From: Armatimonadota bacterium
Lineage (GTDB): Bacteria > Vulcanimicrobiota > JACPDS01 > JBDRKI01
Assembly: GCA_043814095.1 (NCBI GenBank)
Contig: JBDRKI010000106.1
Span: 1 to 11,136, forward strand
DNA: 11,136 nt
Direction: 5' to 3'
Both the position numbers and the translations under genes were made by a program. The notes under the pieces were generated by a model. That model saw only the letters and a program-made list of their open reading frames with translations. It was not told where the DNA came from and did no database searches. Positions 9,001-11,136 of this stretch are shown here, in pieces. Every line of letters begins with the position of its first letter. Within the stretch, counting starts at the first letter, position 1.

Positions 9001-11134
9001 CCCTGAGAAAGAATTAATCTTAGCATCGGGAGAAAAAATAACTTTTACGGGAGCAGAAGGAAAACTTTTTAATTCCAAGTTTAATCCCAATAACAAAATA
9101 ATGCTAAAAAGAGATATCCTTGATCTGGGTATAAATGGAGTGGAGCTTTTTGAAAAAATAAAAGCCGTGGGAGCTTCGGCAAATGATATTCTCATGCTCA
9201 AAAATATGTATCCCAACCTTAAAGGAAAAAGGTACAGCGACTTATACACAATATTAAAAGAACTCAGCGAAGAAATAATAACATTACGGGAGCTGAGATT
9301 TTTAAAACCCGACCGCGAACGGTTAACAATCCTGGCAAAAAGATTAGGTATGCCTAAAAAATATTCTGATAATATTTACTATAATGCTAAAAAGCTTGTT
9401 GATTCCATGGATGAAAGCCAGAGGGCAAGCTTCGCAAAAATAATAGAAGTCGATAGCGCGGAAAAGCTCACAGAATTAACAAGTCCCGCCAATCAGACTC
9501 AAAAGATAAACAGGAAAGCAAAAGAGCTGGGATTAAACATCAATTCAACTGATTCAAAATACATATATATGGGTCTTGAATCGATAATATCCGATATCCT
9601 GAACGGCATCAAGCCTTCCATGGACAGCAAGCAAATATCCGAGTTTGCCATAACCAGGTTTGAAAAAAGCATTAAAAAATATGACAACCCGTTTACCCCT
9701 CTTAAAACATGCATCAAAGTCTTAAAAGAATTTAAAACTAACCCGAAAAAGCTTTCCTGCGGAAAACCCGTTACAACCATAGTAGATGTATATAATTATA
9801 TGCTGGAAAATGATCTGTTTGACGCTCAAGTTAAAATGAAAATTGAATTAAACGAATACGAAGAACATTTTAACTTCCTTACCCTTGAATTCTTTGAAAA
9901 GTTTATTAAAGATCTAGAAAATAACATGTCTAACGGAAACCTAAACATAGACATAAAAGAAGAATATGACAAAATAGAGCAGGAACTTCTCGAGATATGC
10001 AACGAACTCTATGAACCTCTTGTCATAACTCTATTTAACGCGCAAACTAAAAGAGGTATAACCATAACCGGGCCCGCCAAAGAAAAAATAAAGCAAAACG
10101 CAAAAGATATGATTTTAAAGCCCGATATGCCGAAATTATCGCTTGATTCTGCAAGAACATTAAACTTAAATGCTCATTATGTGGAAACATTACTCAACCA
10201 TATCGATCTTATAAAAGATAATTTTCCGGATAAAGCGCAAAAATTAATCGGAAAATTAAACACTCTGCAAAATTCAATATACGGCTTTAACCTGCACAGG
10301 CAGGGAGAACTTGACATACAGAAACAGCTGAAAATCAATTCCGATAATATCGAAGGACTGCCGGTTGAGAGGGCAGGTAAAAAATATCATGGAAAGTTCC
10401 CCGCCCCTATCCGGCCTGAAGTATTAGGCAATGAGAGGGCTAATTTAAGTTCGAAAAAGACAGCCGGATCAAAAAAACAAGCCGCTGAGCCTAAAACTAC
10501 TCAAAGAATATATTTTACAGAAAAAGAAAAAGAAATACTCCGCTCCCCTATTAACACTGCCCAGAAAACAAGAATAAAACAGGATATCCTTGATGCGAGG
10601 CTGGATCCTATAGAATTCGCATGGAAAGTAAAGAATAAAGTTGATAATCCGGCAAAAAGAGCAAACTTTAAAAGAGATTACGGGCTTAATAATAGAAACT
10701 GTGACGATTTAGTTAATATACTGGAAGAATTTGAAGCCGAAATAACCATTTTAAGAACCATAAGGGAGATACAGCTTGATAAAACAATAAAAGATAAAAG
10801 AAATTATTTAAGGTGGGTCGCGCTTAGATTATTATGGGACCACGATTACATCAAGAAAACCCTTGATCACAGCATAAAATACTACTTTAAGAAGTTGACT
10901 CCCAAACAACAGGAAAGACTGGCGGAAATAACAGGATTTGGAAACGCTGTAGCGCTCAAGAATACTCTTTATCCTCAGGAAAGTAAAATAGAAAAAAGGG
11001 TTGAGGAAAAACTAAGCAAAACAAAGGAAACTTCTGTACCCTTAACCCGGGGCGGGACAAGCGCTATAGTTGACAGATCAGCCGTTGAGAGAGCGGGCAA
11101 AAAACATCGCGGGCAGTTTCCTGTTCCAACAACA
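2..11134 (+). CDS. Giant multi-module protein, internal fragment (>3711 aa, open at both ends), containing 3 LMW-PTP-like domains, HTH-like repeats and repeated helical modules
   Basis: Manual translation of frame +2 (GFKTRDINILLTALG...VERAGKKHRGQFPVPTT) shows no TAA/TAG/TGA across the window. The strand is A-rich with natural K/E/I/N-rich composition. Recognisable domains and internal protein repeats all fall in this frame. Confidence 0.96.
410..661 (+). repeat. Diverged copy of module Q C-terminal subdomain
   Basis: MVNKYITLLDLFLKHDIKDAGGKKITNLIDAYAYLLKNQVV...FKFLEYEE vs MINSCINILREFKNKGVKDCKGHDIADIISIYNYMAENNLF...FKCLNLEF. Confidence 0.6.
956..1897 (+). repeat. Four tandem ~75-90 aa HTH-like units
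   Basis: VLRALNANKTRKEAAGKLEKSDVYVSDICREIREL (956); LLEAIITTNSFKEAAVHLNINDKVFLRRIKNLREKL (1178, LysR/ModE-HTH-like); LIYDLMLTKNRNKACKLSSLQEADFNKNIRKIKAL (1445); LAEAILLKK...KRINRNTLIRRKEKF (1688, Fis-like INRNTL). Units 3 and 4 share tails (LNDTDLQLLADSLNKNHPEIKE / LSAEDLQKIAGIINKFYPHIKE). Confidence 0.6.
3539..3961 (+). other. LMW-PTP/ArsC-fold phosphatase-like domain 1
   Basis: KYIVISCSKNEIRSPFAEY (CX5RS at 3557-3580), YTVVSAGI, TRALSPELVEKADIAFIV. These match, in order and spacing, the LMWPc hallmarks ILFVCxGNxCRSPxAE, VxSAG and RxLxxxxxxxADLI. Confidence 0.85.
4148..5080 (+). repeat. Four tandem ~77-aa helical protein repeats
   Basis: Anchor hydrophobic residues at 4154, 4388, 4619 and 4850 (spacing 234/231/231 bp). 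Shared pattern LxxxExxhhxxL...WxxIh...K(I/V)Dxh...FxxxxG/S...LK. Similarity is at protein level, not exact DNA. Confidence 0.75.
5102..5200 (+). repeat. Inter-module linker motif, strong copy 1
   Basis: IEEGGIGAKESESNRHSKMPNIRPNMPPHAKLH. Confidence 0.9.
5249..6127 (+). repeat. Unknown ~300-aa helical module Q, copy 1
   Basis: Aligns end to end with 9008-9925: IMLAKGKSITLTAAE/LILASGEKITFTGAE; FFEKI/LFEKI; DLHHILRELDEEI/DLYTILKELSEEI; CINILREFK/CIKVLKEFK; IYNYMAENNLF/VYNYMLENDLF; LNLEFFE/LTLEFFE. Confidence 0.85.
6127..6150 (+). repeat. Hexamer microrepeat (aaaYgg)x4 encoding NGNGNGNG
   Basis: aaatgg aaatgg aaacgg aaacgg read directly. Confidence 0.8.
6395..6490 (+). repeat. Inter-module linker motif, strong copy 2
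   Basis: IEAGSVGAPEINNNHSKMPVVRPEFPPHAKLH. Confidence 0.9.
7010..7423 (+). other. LMW-PTP/ArsC-fold phosphatase-like domain 2
   Basis: SILHVCELHQVRSTAAEY (CX5RS at 7025-7048), FTVESAGT, SRKLTPEMIEKADVVFA. Confidence 0.85.
8120..8554 (+). other. LMW-PTP/ArsC-fold phosphatase-like domain 3
   Basis: NILFVCEQNKLRSQGAEF (CX5RS at 8135-8158), FSVKSAGT, TKKLTPALIKNAHMVFV. Clear paralogue of domain 2 (KYGDRFTVESAGT vs KYGRRFSVKSAGT; YIEAR in both; identical 17-mer tatatagaggcaagaga at 7385 and 8516). Confidence 0.87.
8564..8662 (+). repeat. Inter-module linker motif, strong copy 3
   Basis: IKEGGIGIEEPCSDRHSKMPQIRPEWPPSAKMH. Confidence 0.9.
9008..9925 (+). repeat. Unknown ~300-aa helical module Q, copy 2
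   Basis: Same alignment as for copy 1 (5249-6127). Confidence 0.85.
10349..10447 (+). repeat. Linker motif variant (VERAGKK type), copy 1
   Basis: IEGLPVERAGKKYHGKFPAPIRPEVLGNERANL; HGKFPAPIRPE parallels HSKMPxIRPE. Confidence 0.8.
10508..10975 (+). repeat. Module Q, N-terminal half only (copy 3)
   Basis: IYFTEKE...IKQDILD (vs LKRDILD)...FKRDYGL (vs FKKAYGL)...DLVNILEEFEAEITILR (vs DLYTILKELSEEIITLR)...LAEITGFGNA (vs LAKQAGYENA). Confidence 0.75.
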
Positions 11135-11136
11135 CC
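11060..11136 (+). repeat. Linker motif variant (VERAGKK type), copy 2, truncated by window end
   Basis: SAIVDRSAVERAGKKHRGQFPVPTT(P); matches VERAGKKYHGKFPAP at 10364. Confidence 0.8.

Noticed and set aside
250-9780. All minus-strand ORFs in the supplied track (e.g. 1837-2511, 224 aa; 7208-7765, 185 aa)
   Set aside because: They are F/L/S-rich antisense shadows of the K/E-rich frame +2 gene, with no recognisable motifs, and they overlap it completely.
2-11134. Alternative genetic code or stop-codon readthrough as the reason for the missing ORF
   Set aside because: No TGA or TAG codons were found in frame +2 and Trp is TGG. The ORF was most likely missed because it has no stop codon inside the window.
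1-11136. Promoters, terminators, tRNA/rRNA, signal peptides or transmembrane helices
   Set aside because: There is no intergenic DNA, I saw no convincing RNA gene structure, and I noticed no uncharged hydrophobic stretch of about 20 aa in the translation.

Overview
The whole window is an internal part of one giant + strand gene. I translated frame +2 by hand and found it open from nt 2 to 11134 (3711 codons), with no in-frame stop and neither terminus visible. The supplied ORF track missed it and lists only antisense or off-frame shadow ORFs. The protein is Lys/Glu/Ile-rich with no obvious transmembrane segment. It is built as cassettes of roughly 240-630 aa separated by Pro/Gly/His/Arg-rich linkers that carry a recurring motif (best copies: GGIG...HSKMPxIRPxxPPHAKLH). 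The cassettes include three diverged low-molecular-weight protein-tyrosine-phosphatase-like (CX5RS) domains, each behind a shared helical domain; a tandem array of four HTH-like units; a ~77-aa helical repeat; and a repeated ~300-aa unknown module. The architecture suggests a polyprotein or multi-effector giant protein of probable bacterial origin (inference). I saw no RNA genes, CRISPR arrays, mobile elements or intergenic DNA. All alignments are by eye; no database searches were run.
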